Of a stretch of DNA of 64,000 nt, positions 34,187 to 47,102 are shown piece after piece. Position 1 is the stretch's first letter. Every line of letters begins with the position of its first letter. This stretch comes from Candidatus Eiseniibacteriota bacterium. Its GTDB lineage: Bacteria > Eisenbacteria > RBG-16-71-46. The stretch is from the NCBI GenBank assembly GCA_038231135.1, contig JBBRLX010000004.1, positions 128,001-192,000 of the forward strand. The letters run 5' to 3'. A program made the translations under genes and the position numbers. The notes below the pieces were generated by a model that ran no database searches, was not told the DNA's origin, and saw only the letters and a list, made by a program, of their open reading frames with translations.

Positions 34187-35080
34187 TCACGCGTCGCCCG
34201 CGAGCCGCCGCATCGCCTCGAAGTAGCGCTCGCGGGTCTTGAGCACGATCTCCGCCGGCAGCGCCGGCGCGGGCGGCTCGTGGTTCCAGCCCGAGGCGTC
34301 GAGCCAGTCGCGGACGTACTGCTTGTCGAACGACAGCAACCGCCCCGCCGCGTATTCCGCGCGATCCCAGTAGCGCGACGAATCGGGCGACAGGATCTCG
34401 TCGATCAGGGTGAGCACCCCGTCCACGCGGCCGAATTCGAACTTGGTGTCGGCGAGCACCAGTCCGCGGTCCCACGCGCGCGCGCGCGCCGCCTCGTAGA
34501 TCGCGAGGCTGCGCGAGCGCAGCGCGTCCGCGGTCTCGGGACCTGACAGGCGCACCATGTCGTCGAACGTGATGTTCTCGTCGTGACCCTGGTCCGCCTT
34601 GCTCGCGGGCGTGAAGATCGCGGGCTCGAGCCGCGCGCCGTCGTGGAGGCCGGACGGCAGCGGAATGCCGCATACGGCGCCCGTCGCGCGATACTCCCGC
34701 CACCCCGAGCCCGTGAGGTAGCCGCGCACCACGCACTCGACGTCGATGCGCTCCGCGCGGCGCACCAGCTGGCTGCGGCCGGCGAGGAATTCGGCGTGAG
34801 GCGCGAATTCCGCCGGGTAGTGCTGCGGATCGTCGGTCACCAGGTGATGGGGTGCCGCCTCCGGCAGCGTCGTCATCCACCACGTGGTGAGCGCGGTGAG
34901 GACGTGGCCCTTGTCGGGGATCGAAGTCGGCAGCACGCTGTCGTATGCCGACAGCCGGTCACTGGCCACGATCACGAGCTGGTCGGGGCCCGCGGCGTAG
35001 AGGGTGCGCACCTTGCCGGCGCGCCATGGGTCGAGCCCCGCGAGCCTGATCTCGGACACTCCCGCGTGTTCGACGGTCAT
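34187..35080 (-). CDS. purC: SAICAR synthase
   Basis: GKVR.LY, SDRLSAYD, ECVVRGYLTGSGW, ADTKFEFG, PDSSRYW, FDKQYVRDWL. Confidence 0.97.
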   Translation of the reverse strand: MTVEHAGVSEIRLAGLDPWRAGKVRTLYAAGPDQLVIVASDRLSAYDSVLPTSIPDKGHVLTALTTWWMTTLPEAAPHHLVTDDPQHYPAEFAPHAEFLAGRSQLVRRAERIDVECVVRGYLTGSGWREYRATGAVCGIPLPSGLHDGARLEPAIFTPASKADQGHDENITFDDMVRLSGPETADALRSRSLAIYEAARARAWDRGLVLADTKFEFGRVDGVLTLIDEILSPDSSRYWDRAEYAAGRLLSFDKQYVRDWLDASGWNHEPPAPALPAEIVLKTRERYFEAMRRLAGDA

Positions 35081-35946
35081 GGAATGCTCCCCTTGCTGGA
35101 GGTCGCGGCGGGCGGCGGCGCCACACCGGGTCGTGCGTCCCCGGCGGACGACGTCCGGCCGCGCGTCGTGAACCGCGATGCGATCCAGTCCGGCAAGGCG
35201 CCGATGTCCGGGATCGCGGGAACGCCGGGCGGCGCGTAGTCGCCGGCGGGATCGATGAGCACCACGGGCATGCCGGCGGCGCGCGCGCCGGTCACGTCCA
35301 CCGCCACGATGTCGCCCACGTAGAGTGCGTGCGCGGCCGGCGTCGCGAGCCGGTCGAGCGCGATCCGGAAGATGCGCGGGTCGGGCTTCTCGACCCCCAC
35401 GAGCTGCGAGTCCACCACGAACTCGAGCCCGTTCCGCACACCGCAGTCGATCAGGTGGCGTTCCGCGCGGCCGTCGGAATTCGACACCACCGCCATGCGA
35501 ACGCCGAGCGCCGCGACGCCGTCGAGCGCGACGCGGGCGCCCTCCATCGGGCGCAGCCACAACCCGCACTCCGCGTGCCGCCGTTCGAAGCGCTCGAGCA
35601 CCTGCGGAATCGCAACCGCCGGCACCCCCGCCGACTCCAGCATGCCGCGGAAATACGCCTGGGTGTCGCCGATGGATCCCAACGGGGGCGCGGGCCCGGC
35701 CGGGGACGGCGGCAGGCCGCGACTCGCGTCGTAGCGGCGCCGGCCGTCCACCTCGGCGCGCCGCAGCACGTCCGGCGCGGCCACGATGTCCAGCGCGGCC
35801 AGCAGTTCCGAGATCCATTCGAAGTCGATCCGCACCAGCGTGCCGCCGGCGTCGAACACCACGGCCTCGAGCAGCGGTCGGGGTCCCGAACTCCCGCCGC
35901 CCGGTTCCGGCCGGGGCGCGGCTGCTGTGCCATCGCGATCAGGCAT
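35077..35946 (-). CDS. HAD-superfamily hydrolase (subfamily IA)
   Basis: VFDAGGTL, VVSNSDG, EKPDPRIF, YVGD…D..GA. Confidence 0.9.
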   Translation of the reverse strand: MPDRDGTAAAPRPEPGGGSSGPRPLLEAVVFDAGGTLVRIDFEWISELLAALDIVAAPDVLRRAEVDGRRRYDASRGLPPSPAGPAPPLGSIGDTQAYFRGMLESAGVPAVAIPQVLERFERRHAECGLWLRPMEGARVALDGVAALGVRMAVVSNSDGRAERHLIDCGVRNGLEFVVDSQLVGVEKPDPRIFRIALDRLATPAAHALYVGDIVAVDVTGARAAGMPVVLIDPAGDYAPPGVPAIPDIGALPDWIASRFTTRGRTSSAGDARPGVAPPPAATSSKGSIP

Positions 35947-36586
35947 CCGACCGGACTCCCCCGGGAAGTGTGGCGGCGAACACCAGTCGCGCGCCGTCGA
36001 GCTGCCATGGCTCGGTGAGGAACCGGCGCACCGACGCCGGATAGAGCCGGTGCTCGGCGGCGTGAATTCGATCGGCCAGCGTGACCCGTGTGTCGTCGTC
36101 GCGCACCTCGACCGCGGACTGGGCGACGATCGGTCCGGCGTCGAGCGCCGCGGTGACGACATGCACGGTGCAGCCCGTGACCTTGACGCCGGCCCGCCAT
36201 GCCTGGCCGATGGCGTCGAGCCCGGGGAACGCCGGGAGCAGCGACGGATGCAGATTCAGCACGCGCTGGTCGAACGCGTCGAGGAATCGGGCGTGGAGCC
36301 GCCGCATGAATCCGGCGAGCAGCACCACCTCGACACCGCGGGCCTCGAGCGCATCGATCCACGGCCGCTCGTCCTCGAGCACGGTCCGCAGCCGTCCCAC
36401 GCGGGGCGTCAGGGCTTCGATGCCGAACCGGCGCGCGTGGCCGAGCGCCGGAGCATCCGGCTGGTCGCTGAGCAGGGTCACGATCCTTCCGCCCAGTTCC
36501 CCCCGCGCCGCGGCACGCGCCAGCGCCTCGAAGTTCGAGCCCTGGCCGGATGCGAGCACGGCGATGGCGCGATCGGAGGTGAGCAC
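35939..36586 (-). CDS. purN: Phosphoribosylglycinamide formyltransferase
   Basis: LASGQGSNF, LAGFMR, NLHPSLLPAFPG, GCTVH.V…D.GPI. Confidence 0.96.
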   Translation of the reverse strand: MLTSDRAIAVLASGQGSNFEALARAAARGELGGRIVTLLSDQPDAPALGHARRFGIEALTPRVGRLRTVLEDERPWIDALEARGVEVVLLAGFMRRLHARFLDAFDQRVLNLHPSLLPAFPGLDAIGQAWRAGVKVTGCTVHVVTAALDAGPIVAQSAVEVRDDDTRVTLADRIHAAEHRLYPASVRRFLTEPWQLDGARLVFAATLPGGVRSDA

Positions 36587-36732
36587 ACGCCAATTTAGCA
36601 ACCCGTTCCCGCGCCCGGCAAGCGCCTGAATCCGGTGGTGCCGGACCCTCCGGAGTTCGCTCCGGCATCGGCACGGCGCGCGGCGCCGCTCACGGGCGCC
36701 ATCACGGCCGGCGCACCCGTCGGGGGCCGATG

Positions 36733-39135
36733 TCACTCGCGCGCGCGCGGCCGTGGAATCGGAACGGCGGCGGCGCCCAGGCGCAGCGCGTCGGCGTGCC
36801 CGCGCCAGTCGAGCTCGCGGACGCCGTCGGGACCGAGCTCGAGCCAGATCGCGCCGTCGCGATCGGTGCGCCGGACGATCGCCTGCACGGCCGCCAGCCG
36901 CGCGAGCACCTCGGGGTGCGGATGGCCGAAGTGATTCCAGCGTCCGCACGACACCAGCGCCCAGCGCGGCCGTGCCGCGGCGAGCAGTGCCGTGCCCGTC
37001 GAGCTGCGGGAGCCGTGATGCGCGACTTCGATCACGGCGGCGCGCGGTGCGTCGAGCAGCGCCTCCGCGGTGCTGTCGACGTCCGCGAGCAGCAGCGCGC
37101 GCGTGGTATCGCACGCGAGCACCAGCACGACCGCCGCATGATTATCGCTCCACCCCCGCGCCTGCCGCACCGCTGCGGGCGGCCACAGCACGCGGAGTCC
37201 GGGCGCCAGCGAGTCCCCGCGCGCCAGCGCCGCAGCATGGAACCGCGGGCCCGGCCCCGGCGCATCCGCGCGCGGCGGCGGCGCCCAGCGCGCACGCACC
37301 CTCATGCCCCGCAGCACCGCGGCTGCGCCGCCGGTATGGTCGGAGTCGTCGTGCGACAGCACGAGACCGTTCAGCTCGCGCACGCCCGCCCATCTCAAGA
37401 ACGGCAGCACGAACCGCTCACCGGCGTCGGTGTGCGGCGAGCGCGGCCCCGCGTCCACCAGCCACCAGCCGTCGCGGGTCGCGACTCCGATCGCGGTGCC
37501 CTGGCCGACGTCGAGTGTCACGAGCCAGGCGTGATCCCCGGGCGGCAGGCACGGCCCGCCGGACCCGGCGCACGCCAGCGCCGCGACCTCGAACGCGATC
37601 CCCGCCGCCGCGCTCGCGGCCCGCCACGGCTCGCGGTCCGAACCGGGGGCGCGCCGGACGCGGCGCGGCAGCAGCGCCGCCATGATCAGCACGGCGCCGC
37701 ATGCGGCCGCGATCGGCACCGCCGGGTCCGAGCCGGTGGCGCGCGCCGCGCCCGGCAGCCGCGCACCCCATTCGGTCACGCACCGCAGCGCGGTCTCGAG
37801 CGCTTCGCACGCCGCGAACACCCAGCGCGCGGTGCCGGGGACGGCCAGCTCCCACACCACCCCGAGCCACGCGCCCGCGAGCAGCAGGCCCGAGACCGGG
37901 ACCGCGAGCAGGTTCACGAGCGGCGAGATCCACGACACCGAGTGCATGCGCGCGACCAGCAGCGGCAGCGCGGTGAGCTGGGCGCTCGCCGTCGGAAGCA
38001 CCGGCTCGAGCGCCCGGCGCCAGCGCCCGGCGCGGTCCGCCAGCGCCGCGCCGACGGTCAGCAATCCCAGGGTCGCGGCGCACGATAGCTGGAAGCCGAG
38101 GTCCCACGCCCAGCCGGGGGCGATGACGAGCCCCAGCACCGCGCTCGCCGCCAGCGCCTGCACCGGATCGAGCGGCCGGCGTGCCGCCACGGCGCCGGCG
38201 GCGACCAACTCGGTCGCCACCGCCCGCGCGAGCGACGGCAGCGGCCCCGCGAGCACCGCGTAGAACACGGCACAGCAGGCGCCGGCCACCGCGCGCGCCG
38301 CCACGCCCCCGCCGGCCGCCGCGACGAGCCCGCGCGCGACGCCCGCCATCCATGTCACGTGCAGTCCCGACAGTGCGAGCAGGTGAACGACACCCGCCGC
38401 GCGGAACGCCGCGTCCAGTTCGGAGTCGAGCGCGCTGCGGTCGCCGGTGACGAGCGGCGTCACGATCTCGCGCGCGGCCGGGGTGAGCCGGACGGCGTAG
38501 ACCCGCTCGATCGCGCGCCGCCACCGCGCCGCGGTCGCGCGCGGCCAGCCGGCCGAGTCGACCACGGTCGTGGTCAGCGCGCGGCCCCACCCCGCGAGCG
38601 CACCCGCGGTCGCGCTCTGGCGCGGATCGATGCCGCCCGGGTTGCGCGGCGCGCCGGGGGCCTCGAGGCGCACCCACGCCGAGATGACATCGCCCCATTC
38701 CGCGTCGGACCCCGCCGGCAGCGACAACCGCAGTCGCGTGCCCTGGACGAGCGCGGGCCGGCTGGCGAGCACCACCGCGGTGGCGGACGGCGTCCCGGAC
38801 TCGCGCAGCGGAGGATCGACGATGCGGGCGGTGACGCGATGGAGACCGTCGCCGAACGCGCGGCGCTGGTGGACCAGCACCGCCTCGTGCGCGGCGAGCC
38901 GTGCACAGCCGGCCGTCGCGAGCGCCGCGAGCAGCGCGACGTCCGCGACCCGCCCCAGGGCCCGTTGCGCGCCCGGGCCGCGCAGCCGGGAACCCAGCGC
39001 CGCGGCGCCGCAGGCGTGCAGCAGCGCCAGCGCGGCGATCGCGGTCCAGGCTGCCGGGCGATCCGCACACGGCAGACCGCACAGCATGCCCGCCCATATC
39101 GCGATGACGACTGCCACGGCCGTGCGCGCACCCAT
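36733..39135 (-). CDS. comEC: DNA-uptake channel ComEC/Rec2
   Basis: PRNPG, HLLALSGLHV, GFQLS, LDVGQG, MBL motif SHDDSDHTGG, HHGS, N.FGHPH, RTD.DGAI. Confidence 0.93.
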   Translation of the reverse strand: MGARTAVAVVIAIWAGMLCGLPCADRPAAWTAIAALALLHACGAAALGSRLRGPGAQRALGRVADVALLAALATAGCARLAAHEAVLVHQRRAFGDGLHRVTARIVDPPLRESGTPSATAVVLASRPALVQGTRLRLSLPAGSDAEWGDVISAWVRLEAPGAPRNPGGIDPRQSATAGALAGWGRALTTTVVDSAGWPRATAARWRRAIERVYAVRLTPAAREIVTPLVTGDRSALDSELDAAFRAAGVVHLLALSGLHVTWMAGVARGLVAAAGGGVAARAVAGACCAVFYAVLAGPLPSLARAVATELVAAGAVAARRPLDPVQALAASAVLGLVIAPGWAWDLGFQLSCAATLGLLTVGAALADRAGRWRRALEPVLPTASAQLTALPLLVARMHSVSWISPLVNLLAVPVSGLLLAGAWLGVVWELAVPGTARWVFAACEALETALRCVTEWGARLPGAARATGSDPAVPIAAACGAVLIMAALLPRRVRRAPGSDREPWRAASAAAGIAFEVAALACAGSGGPCLPPGDHAWLVTLDVGQGTAIGVATRDGWWLVDAGPRSPHTDAGERFVLPFLRWAGVRELNGLVLSHDDSDHTGGAAAVLRGMRVRARWAPPPRADAPGPGPRFHAAALARGDSLAPGLRVLWPPAAVRQARGWSDNHAAVVLVLACDTTRALLLADVDSTAEALLDAPRAAVIEVAHHGSRSSTGTALLAAARPRWALVSCGRWNHFGHPHPEVLARLAAVQAIVRRTDRDGAIWLELGPDGVRELDWRGHADALRLGAAAVPIPRPRARE

Positions 39136-39209
39136 GCCCGCGCCCGGCGGAAGAACCGTGCCAGCGGCCGCACTCCCGCCAGTCACTTCGTGCGGCGCCG
39201 GCGGGTCGT

Positions 39210-41573
<2,364 letters not shown>

Positions 41574-41856
41574 CGGAATCGCCCCCCTTGAAAGCCCATG
41601 AAGTGCAGGGACGTGAGGTGCCCCTGTTGTCATCGAATCGTGCAACCCGAACGGCGAGATTGAGTTGGTGGCACGTGACTTGCCCGGTAGACTCGCCGGA
41701 ACCGCCCTCGGGTCCTAACCCGTGACAGGTGGGCCAGCGCTCGTCCGGTTTCTCGGGCGACCTCTCAAATGGCCATTGCATCGTGCATGCCGGGTCAGTA
41801 CGTTTTGGGGAAGCCTCGTCTCCTTGGGGCTCCTCCCACCATGGAGAAACGAGCAC

Positions 41857-43953
41857 ATGCCGAACTTCCGACCGCGGCTCATGCTGTTCGCGGTCCTGCT
41901 GTGCGCCGTGGTGACCTCCCCCGCCCGTGCAGCCGATCCGCCGGCACCTGCCGTAACCGCAGCGGCCCCTGATTCTTCCGGGGCCTGGTCTGCGGCACTC
42001 GAGAACACCCGCGCGGCCTATCAGGCCGGCTGGACCAGCCGCCAGCAGGGACGATTCAATGAGGCGGTGGGTATTTGTGACCGCACGCTCGCCCGGCTGA
42101 CCGAAATGCTCGCGCTCGACCCCGATATGGGTGTCCGCCGCGAGCTTACGGATCTCCAGGCCCGGATCTCGGGCCTGCGCGATGCCGCCCACAAGGACTT
42201 GGAGACAGCGGCGACGGCGAAGGCCACCGGGAACGAACCCGACGAGAAGACGCTCAACACGCCGGCCATGGAAGCGATCGACCCCCAGTGGAACGACCAG
42301 GTCGAGCACTGGGTCGAGTTCTTCACCGGGGCGGGCCGGTCGACATTCGAGCGCTGGCTCAAGCGTTCCGGCCGCTACATGGGACTGTTCCGCACCGTGC
42401 TGCAGCGGGAAGGCCTGCCGCCGGATCTCGTCCACCTGGTGTTCGTCGAGAGCGGCTTCAACGTGAACGCGCGCTCGGTGTCCGCGGCGGTGGGTCCGTG
42501 GCAGTTCCTGCGCGGTACGGGCAAGCTGTTCGGGCTCACGGTCAATCAGTGGACGGACGAGCGCCGCGATCCGGAGAAGTCGACGGTGGCGGCGGCGCGC
42601 TACCTCAAGCATCTGTACGAGATGTTCGGTGACTGGCCGCTGGCGCTGGCGTCCTACAACGCCGGCGAGGGCACGGTCATGCGTGCCATCAAAAAGCAGG
42701 GCACGACAAACTACTGGGACCTGCGGCTGCCCCGCCAGACCGAGGACTACGTCCCGCAGTTCATGGCGTGTCTCGCGATTGCGCGCGATCCGGGCAAGTA
42801 CGGGTTCGACACCGTGCCGCTCGACGATCCGATGGAGTTCGACGAGATCGCGTTCAAGGGTGCGGTCGATCTGCGCGCCATCGCGAAGATGGCCGACTGC
42901 GACGTCGAGCAGCTCAAGGAGCTGAACCCCGCGGTGCTGCGTCACGCGGCCACCGGCCGTGACGGCATCACCACGCTGCGCGTGCCGCAGGGCAAGGGCG
43001 CTGCGATCCTCGCCCGCCTCGAGGATGGCGCGCGCATGCCGGCCGTGGATCTCACGCTCAAGCACAAGGTCGGACGCGGCGAGACGCTGCAGAAGATCGC
43101 CGACACCTATCACGTCAGCGCACGGCGGCTCGCGCTGGCGAACGGCATCGGCCGGCGCCATCCGCTCCGTCGCGGCATGTCGGTCACGATCCCGGCCAGC
43201 CTCGAAGCCCCGGCCCCCGCGATCCTCGAGGCCGGCGATCCGCGGGCCTCGACCGGCTACGTGCCGGTGCGCAACCTCCGGCCGCCGGTTTCGCTCGGCG
43301 GCCAGTCCAACGCCGCGGGCCGCACCGTGGTCACCGTGAGGCGCGGCGAGACGCTGGCGGACATCGCCGATCGTTACCATGTGAGCGTGGACGACATTCG
43401 CAACTGGAACCATCTACGGACGTCACGGCTCCGCCACGGCACGCGGCTCAAGCTGCGCCTCGGGGCCGGTCCCGACGCGGCGGGCTCGCCCGCGAACGGG
43501 GCATCGCCGGCCGATCCTGCCGGCGCCGTGTCGACGAAGTCGGACGCGAAGGCGGACGACATTGCCAGGGCCGGCGACAAGTCGGATGCGAAGGCAGCGG
43601 GCCGTGCGGACGCGCTCGCCGCCAACTCGGACCCTGCGGGCGACGCGGCATCGGCCGCGAACACGACCGACGATGGCGATGCGAACGCCGCGTCGTCCAC
43701 GCGCGCGATCCCGGCGAAACACGCCACCCGGACCCACGGCAGGCACACGGCCACACGTCATGGCACCACGGCGACGGCCACACACGCGGCCGGCTCACGG
43801 TCCGCGGCGCGCACTGTGGTCGTACGGCACGGCGACACGCTGTCCGCGATCGCCGGCCGCAACGGCGTCACGATCGCCCAGCTCCGCCGCGCCAACGACC
43901 TGCGCTCGGACCGCGTGCACTCGGGTCAGCGACTCAAGATCCCGCAGGGCTGA
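41857..43953 (+). CDS. mltD: Membrane-bound lytic murein transglycosylase D-like (SLT + LysM repeats)
   Basis: Signal peptide; FVESGF, AVGPWQF, SYNAGEG, ELNP. Three LysM motifs (GETL..IA, GETLADIA, GDTLSAIA). Confidence 0.9.
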   Translation: MPNFRPRLMLFAVLLCAVVTSPARAADPPAPAVTAAAPDSSGAWSAALENTRAAYQAGWTSRQQGRFNEAVGICDRTLARLTEMLALDPDMGVRRELTDLQARISGLRDAAHKDLETAATAKATGNEPDEKTLNTPAMEAIDPQWNDQVEHWVEFFTGAGRSTFERWLKRSGRYMGLFRTVLQREGLPPDLVHLVFVESGFNVNARSVSAAVGPWQFLRGTGKLFGLTVNQWTDERRDPEKSTVAAARYLKHLYEMFGDWPLALASYNAGEGTVMRAIKKQGTTNYWDLRLPRQTEDYVPQFMACLAIARDPGKYGFDTVPLDDPMEFDEIAFKGAVDLRAIAKMADCDVEQLKELNPAVLRHAATGRDGITTLRVPQGKGAAILARLEDGARMPAVDLTLKHKVGRGETLQKIADTYHVSARRLALANGIGRRHPLRRGMSVTIPASLEAPAPAILEAGDPRASTGYVPVRNLRPPVSLGGQSNAAGRTVVTVRRGETLADIADRYHVSVDDIRNWNHLRTSRLRHGTRLKLRLGAGPDAAGSPANGASPADPAGAVSTKSDAKADDIARAGDKSDAKAAGRADALAANSDPAGDAASAANTTDDGDANAASSTRAIPAKHATRTHGRHTATRHGTTATATHAAGSRSAARTVVVRHGDTLSAIAGRNGVTIAQLRRANDLRSDRVHSGQRLKIPQG

Positions 43954-44031
43954 TCGTCGGGTGCGGGACGAGTGTCCCGAACCTGTTCACGTCCGCGGCG
44001 AGCCATCGCGGCCGGACACCGAAACCCGGCC

Positions 44032-45309
44032 TCAGTGCATCGATTCCGGACCGTCGACGACCCCGCCCGAGGGCACGTCGCCGACGAAGAACGCGCGCGT
44101 GACGTAGGCGCCGATCCGCGCGTTGCGCCCGACCGTGATGCCCTCCGGCAGGTGCGCCCCCTTCCCCACGACCGTGAGGCCGCTCGATAGATGCTCGGGG
44201 CAGGCGCGATTGGGCGACAGGTCGTCGCCGAACCCCAGGCGCACCCCCTCGCCGACCTCGACCAGCTTGTCGACGATGACCCGATCGAGCACGGCGCCGC
44301 GTCCGAGCACCGTGTCCTGCATGACGATGCTGTCGCGCACCACGCCGTCCTTCGGCACCGTCACTCCCGGGAACAGCACCGAGCGCACGACTTCGCCCGC
44401 GATCCGGCAGCCGTTCGCGATCAGGCTCTGCTCCACGTGACTGCCGGCTTCGAATCGCACCGGCGGCCGGTCGGCGCTCTGCGTGTGCACCACCCATCCC
44501 GGGCGCGCGAGGTCGATCGGCGGCTGCTCCGCCAGGAATGCGCGATTCGCCTCGTAGTAGGAATCGAGCGTGCCCACGTCCTGCCAGTAGTCCTCGAACC
44601 GGTACGCGTAGACCTCGTCGCCCCGCTGCACCAGCCGCGGAATCACGTTCTTGCCGAAGTCGTGGCTCGAATCCGCGATCGCCGCGTCCTCGAGCAGCCA
44701 GCGGATGAGCCAGTCACGGTCGAACAGGTAGACGCCCATCGATGCCAGCCGCGAACGCGTATGCTGCGGCTTCTCCTCGAACCCCACCACCCGGTCGCTC
44801 GCGTCGGTGGTGAGGATGCCGAACTGATTCGTGAGTTGCGCGGGAACCTCGGTGACCGCCATCGTCACGTGCGCGCCGTGCGCCACGTGGAACCGGTAGA
44901 GCTCGTTGTAGTCCATGGTGTAGATGTGGTCGCCCGACAGCACCAGCACGTGGTCCACGCGGCGGCGCCGCAGGTGCACCAGGTTCTGATAGATCGCGTC
45001 GGCGGTGCCCTGGTACCAGTCGCTGTCGACCGCGCCGAGCGACGGCTGCAGGATCTGGACCCCGCCGTGGGTCCGGTCGAGATCCCACGGCCGGCCGGTG
45101 CCGATGTGACGATTCAGCGACGTCGGGCGGTACTGGGTGAGCACGCCGACGTCGAAGATCCCGGAGTTCACGCAGTTCGACAGCGTGAAGTCGATGATCC
45201 GGTACTTGCCGGCGAACGGCACCGCGGGTTTCGCGCGGCGCTCGGACAGCAGGCACAGCCGGCTGCCGACGCCGCCGGCGAGAATGAACGCGTAGCGCGA
45301 CCCCGTCAT
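44032..45309 (-). CDS. glgC: Glucose-1-phosphate adenylyltransferase, catalytic-type subunit
   Basis: [58 protein letters not shown]. Confidence 0.95.
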   Translation of the reverse strand: MTGSRYAFILAGGVGSRLCLLSERRAKPAVPFAGKYRIIDFTLSNCVNSGIFDVGVLTQYRPTSLNRHIGTGRPWDLDRTHGGVQILQPSLGAVDSDWYQGTADAIYQNLVHLRRRRVDHVLVLSGDHIYTMDYNELYRFHVAHGAHVTMAVTEVPAQLTNQFGILTTDASDRVVGFEEKPQHTRSRLASMGVYLFDRDWLIRWLLEDAAIADSSHDFGKNVIPRLVQRGDEVYAYRFEDYWQDVGTLDSYYEANRAFLAEQPPIDLARPGWVVHTQSADRPPVRFEAGSHVEQSLIANGCRIAGEVVRSVLFPGVTVPKDGVVRDSIVMQDTVLGRGAVLDRVIVDKLVEVGEGVRLGFGDDLSPNRACPEHLSSGLTVVGKGAHLPEGITVGRNARIGAYVTRAFFVGDVPSGGVVDGPESMH

Positions 45310-46565
45310 CCGGGCTCCCGGAACCACGAGCGACTCGGCGTATGCGTACCCGCTGGCAGCGCCGTGGTCTCGAAGTCCGCGGCACCGGCGCCGATGCCGA
45401 TCACCGAAGCGCGGCCGATCGAGGTGCCGGCGGGGATTTGGGCGTCCTTGCCGACGAGCGCCAGGCCCTCGAGCCACGCATGCTCGGGCCCCGCCGGCAC
45501 GCCGCCCGCCCCCACAAGCGCTCCGGCTCCGACCCGCACGTACTTGTCGAGGATCGCGCGATCGACGATGGCCGAGCGCTCCACCGTGGAGTCCGCCATC
45601 ACGACCGAGTCGGTCACCGTCGCACCCGGCTCCACCGTCACGCCCGGGAACAGCACCGACCGGCTCACCCGGCCCGCGACCTGGCAGCCGTTCGCGATCA
45701 GGCTGTCGAGGATCTCGGCGCCGTGCAGTACGCGCACCGGGGGACGCTCCTCGTCGCGGGTCAGGATTGGCCAGCGCGTGTCGTGCAGCACCAGCCGCGG
45801 CTCGGCGGCGAGCAGTTCCATGCTGGCGCGATAGTAGGAGCTCACGGTTCCGACGTCCTCCCAGTAGCCCGAGAACTCGTGCGCCTGAACATGTGCGCCG
45901 TTCTGGAGCAACGGCCGCACCACGTCGAGCACGAGGTCCACAGGGCGCGCCCGCAGCAGTTCGCCCAGCACCTCGTATTCGAACACATAGATGCCCATCG
46001 AGGCGTGGGGGGTGATCGTGCGCTCCGGTTTCTCGACCACGTCGATCACGCGCCCGTTGCGATCGATCGTCACCATGCCGAAGCGCCGCGAGTCCTCGAG
46101 CGGAACGCGGGTGACCGCCATCGTCAGGTCGGCGCCGCGGTCGCGATGCGTCTGGAGCAGCGCCCGGTAGTTCATGCGGTACACGGTATCGCCCGACAGC
46201 ACGATCACGCGTTCCGGACGCATCTCCTCGATCTCGTCCCAGTTCTGCGCGATGGCGTCGGCGGTGCCGCGATACCAGCCGGACTCGCCGCGCGTCTGGT
46301 AGGGCCGCAGCACGAGGATGCCGCCGGTGCGGCGATCGAGATCCCACGGCCGGCCGGCGCCGACGTGGTCGTGCAGCGAGGTCGGCACGTGCTGGGTGAC
46401 GAGGCCGACCCGATCGATGCCCGAGTGGAAGCAGTTGCTGAGCACGAAGTCGACGATGCGGTACTTCCCGCCGAACGGCACCGCACTCACCGCACGCTCC
46501 GCGGACAGCACGCTCAGGTGCTCGCCTCCACCTCCCGACAGGACGAGCGCCATGACCTCGGACAC
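45306..46565 (-). CDS. Second ADP-glucose pyrophosphorylase paralog (GlgD-like)
   Basis: Same fold (VPFGGKYRIVDF, WYRGTADA, LSGD, EKP, YWEDVGT) but with GGGGEHL and RAVSAV instead of GxGxRL and RAKPAV, and no DFG motif. Confidence 0.85.
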   Translation of the reverse strand: MSEVMALVLSGGGGEHLSVLSAERAVSAVPFGGKYRIVDFVLSNCFHSGIDRVGLVTQHVPTSLHDHVGAGRPWDLDRRTGGILVLRPYQTRGESGWYRGTADAIAQNWDEIEEMRPERVIVLSGDTVYRMNYRALLQTHRDRGADLTMAVTRVPLEDSRRFGMVTIDRNGRVIDVVEKPERTITPHASMGIYVFEYEVLGELLRARPVDLVLDVVRPLLQNGAHVQAHEFSGYWEDVGTVSSYYRASMELLAAEPRLVLHDTRWPILTRDEERPPVRVLHGAEILDSLIANGCQVAGRVSRSVLFPGVTVEPGATVTDSVVMADSTVERSAIVDRAILDKYVRVGAGALVGAGGVPAGPEHAWLEGLALVGKDAQIPAGTSIGRASVIGIGAGAADFETTALPAGTHTPSRSWFREPG

Positions 46566-46651
46566 CGCAGAACCCTCGCATTCCCGGAGTGACACCCATG
46601 GCTGGAATGCACGGCTGCGAACCCGGTACGGGGTGGCCGTCGCGCTCCGGC

Positions 46652-46681
46652 ACACTAGGGAGGCGGGCGGAGGCGAGTCAA
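46652..46681 (-). promoter_or_regulatory. sigma70-type promoter for the glgD-like/glgC operon
   Basis: Minus strand TTGACT-N18-TAGTGT about 90 nt upstream of the GTG at 46565. Confidence 0.6.
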
Positions 46682-47030
46682 GACGCCGGATTCACGGGTT
46701 CCGGGCGGCGTTCCGGGAAGGGATGCGACGTTCGTTCGTCGGCGATTCCGCTGCGGCGGTCATGCGGAGCCCGCGTTTCGTGGCTACCCCCGATCTCATG
46801 CGTTGCGGGTGTGGCACGATTGTCGCAGTCATCGGTTCCGGTCGCGATCGATCCCCGGGAGGACGCCCTCGCGCACTTTGCGTCAAGAGCCGCGGCCCGG
46901 TGGATCCCGCGCTGGAGTAGGCCGCGGCGCGGGTCACCGTGCAGCGTTCGGAGTCCCAGATCCCCCCACCCGCCATTCGAGCTGGGGAGCCGTGAAGAGC
47001 CTGTACCGCTAGCAGGTCCGCAGAAGACAC

Positions 47031-47070
47031 CGAACCCCGGGTGCCGCCGAAGTCGTGCACTCGGGGTTCG
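47031..47070. terminator. Strong hairpin just downstream of the porV-like gene (possible terminator or stabiliser)
   Basis: CGAACCCCGGGTGC / GCACTCGGGGTTCG 14-bp arms with one mismatch or wobble. No clean U-tract on the minus strand. Confidence 0.45.
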
Positions 47071-47102
47071 TTGGTTTGACTCCTGGCGAGTGTCTGCGGC
47101 GC

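Noticed and set aside
36590..36730. ZTP or purine riboswitch upstream of the pur operon
   Set aside because: No recognisable consensus, and a -10-like element lies immediately before the purN start.
47010..47030. CAGGTCCGCAGAAG as SRP RNA domain IV
   Set aside because: It lacks the GGAAGGAAGCAGC motif and the matching stem.
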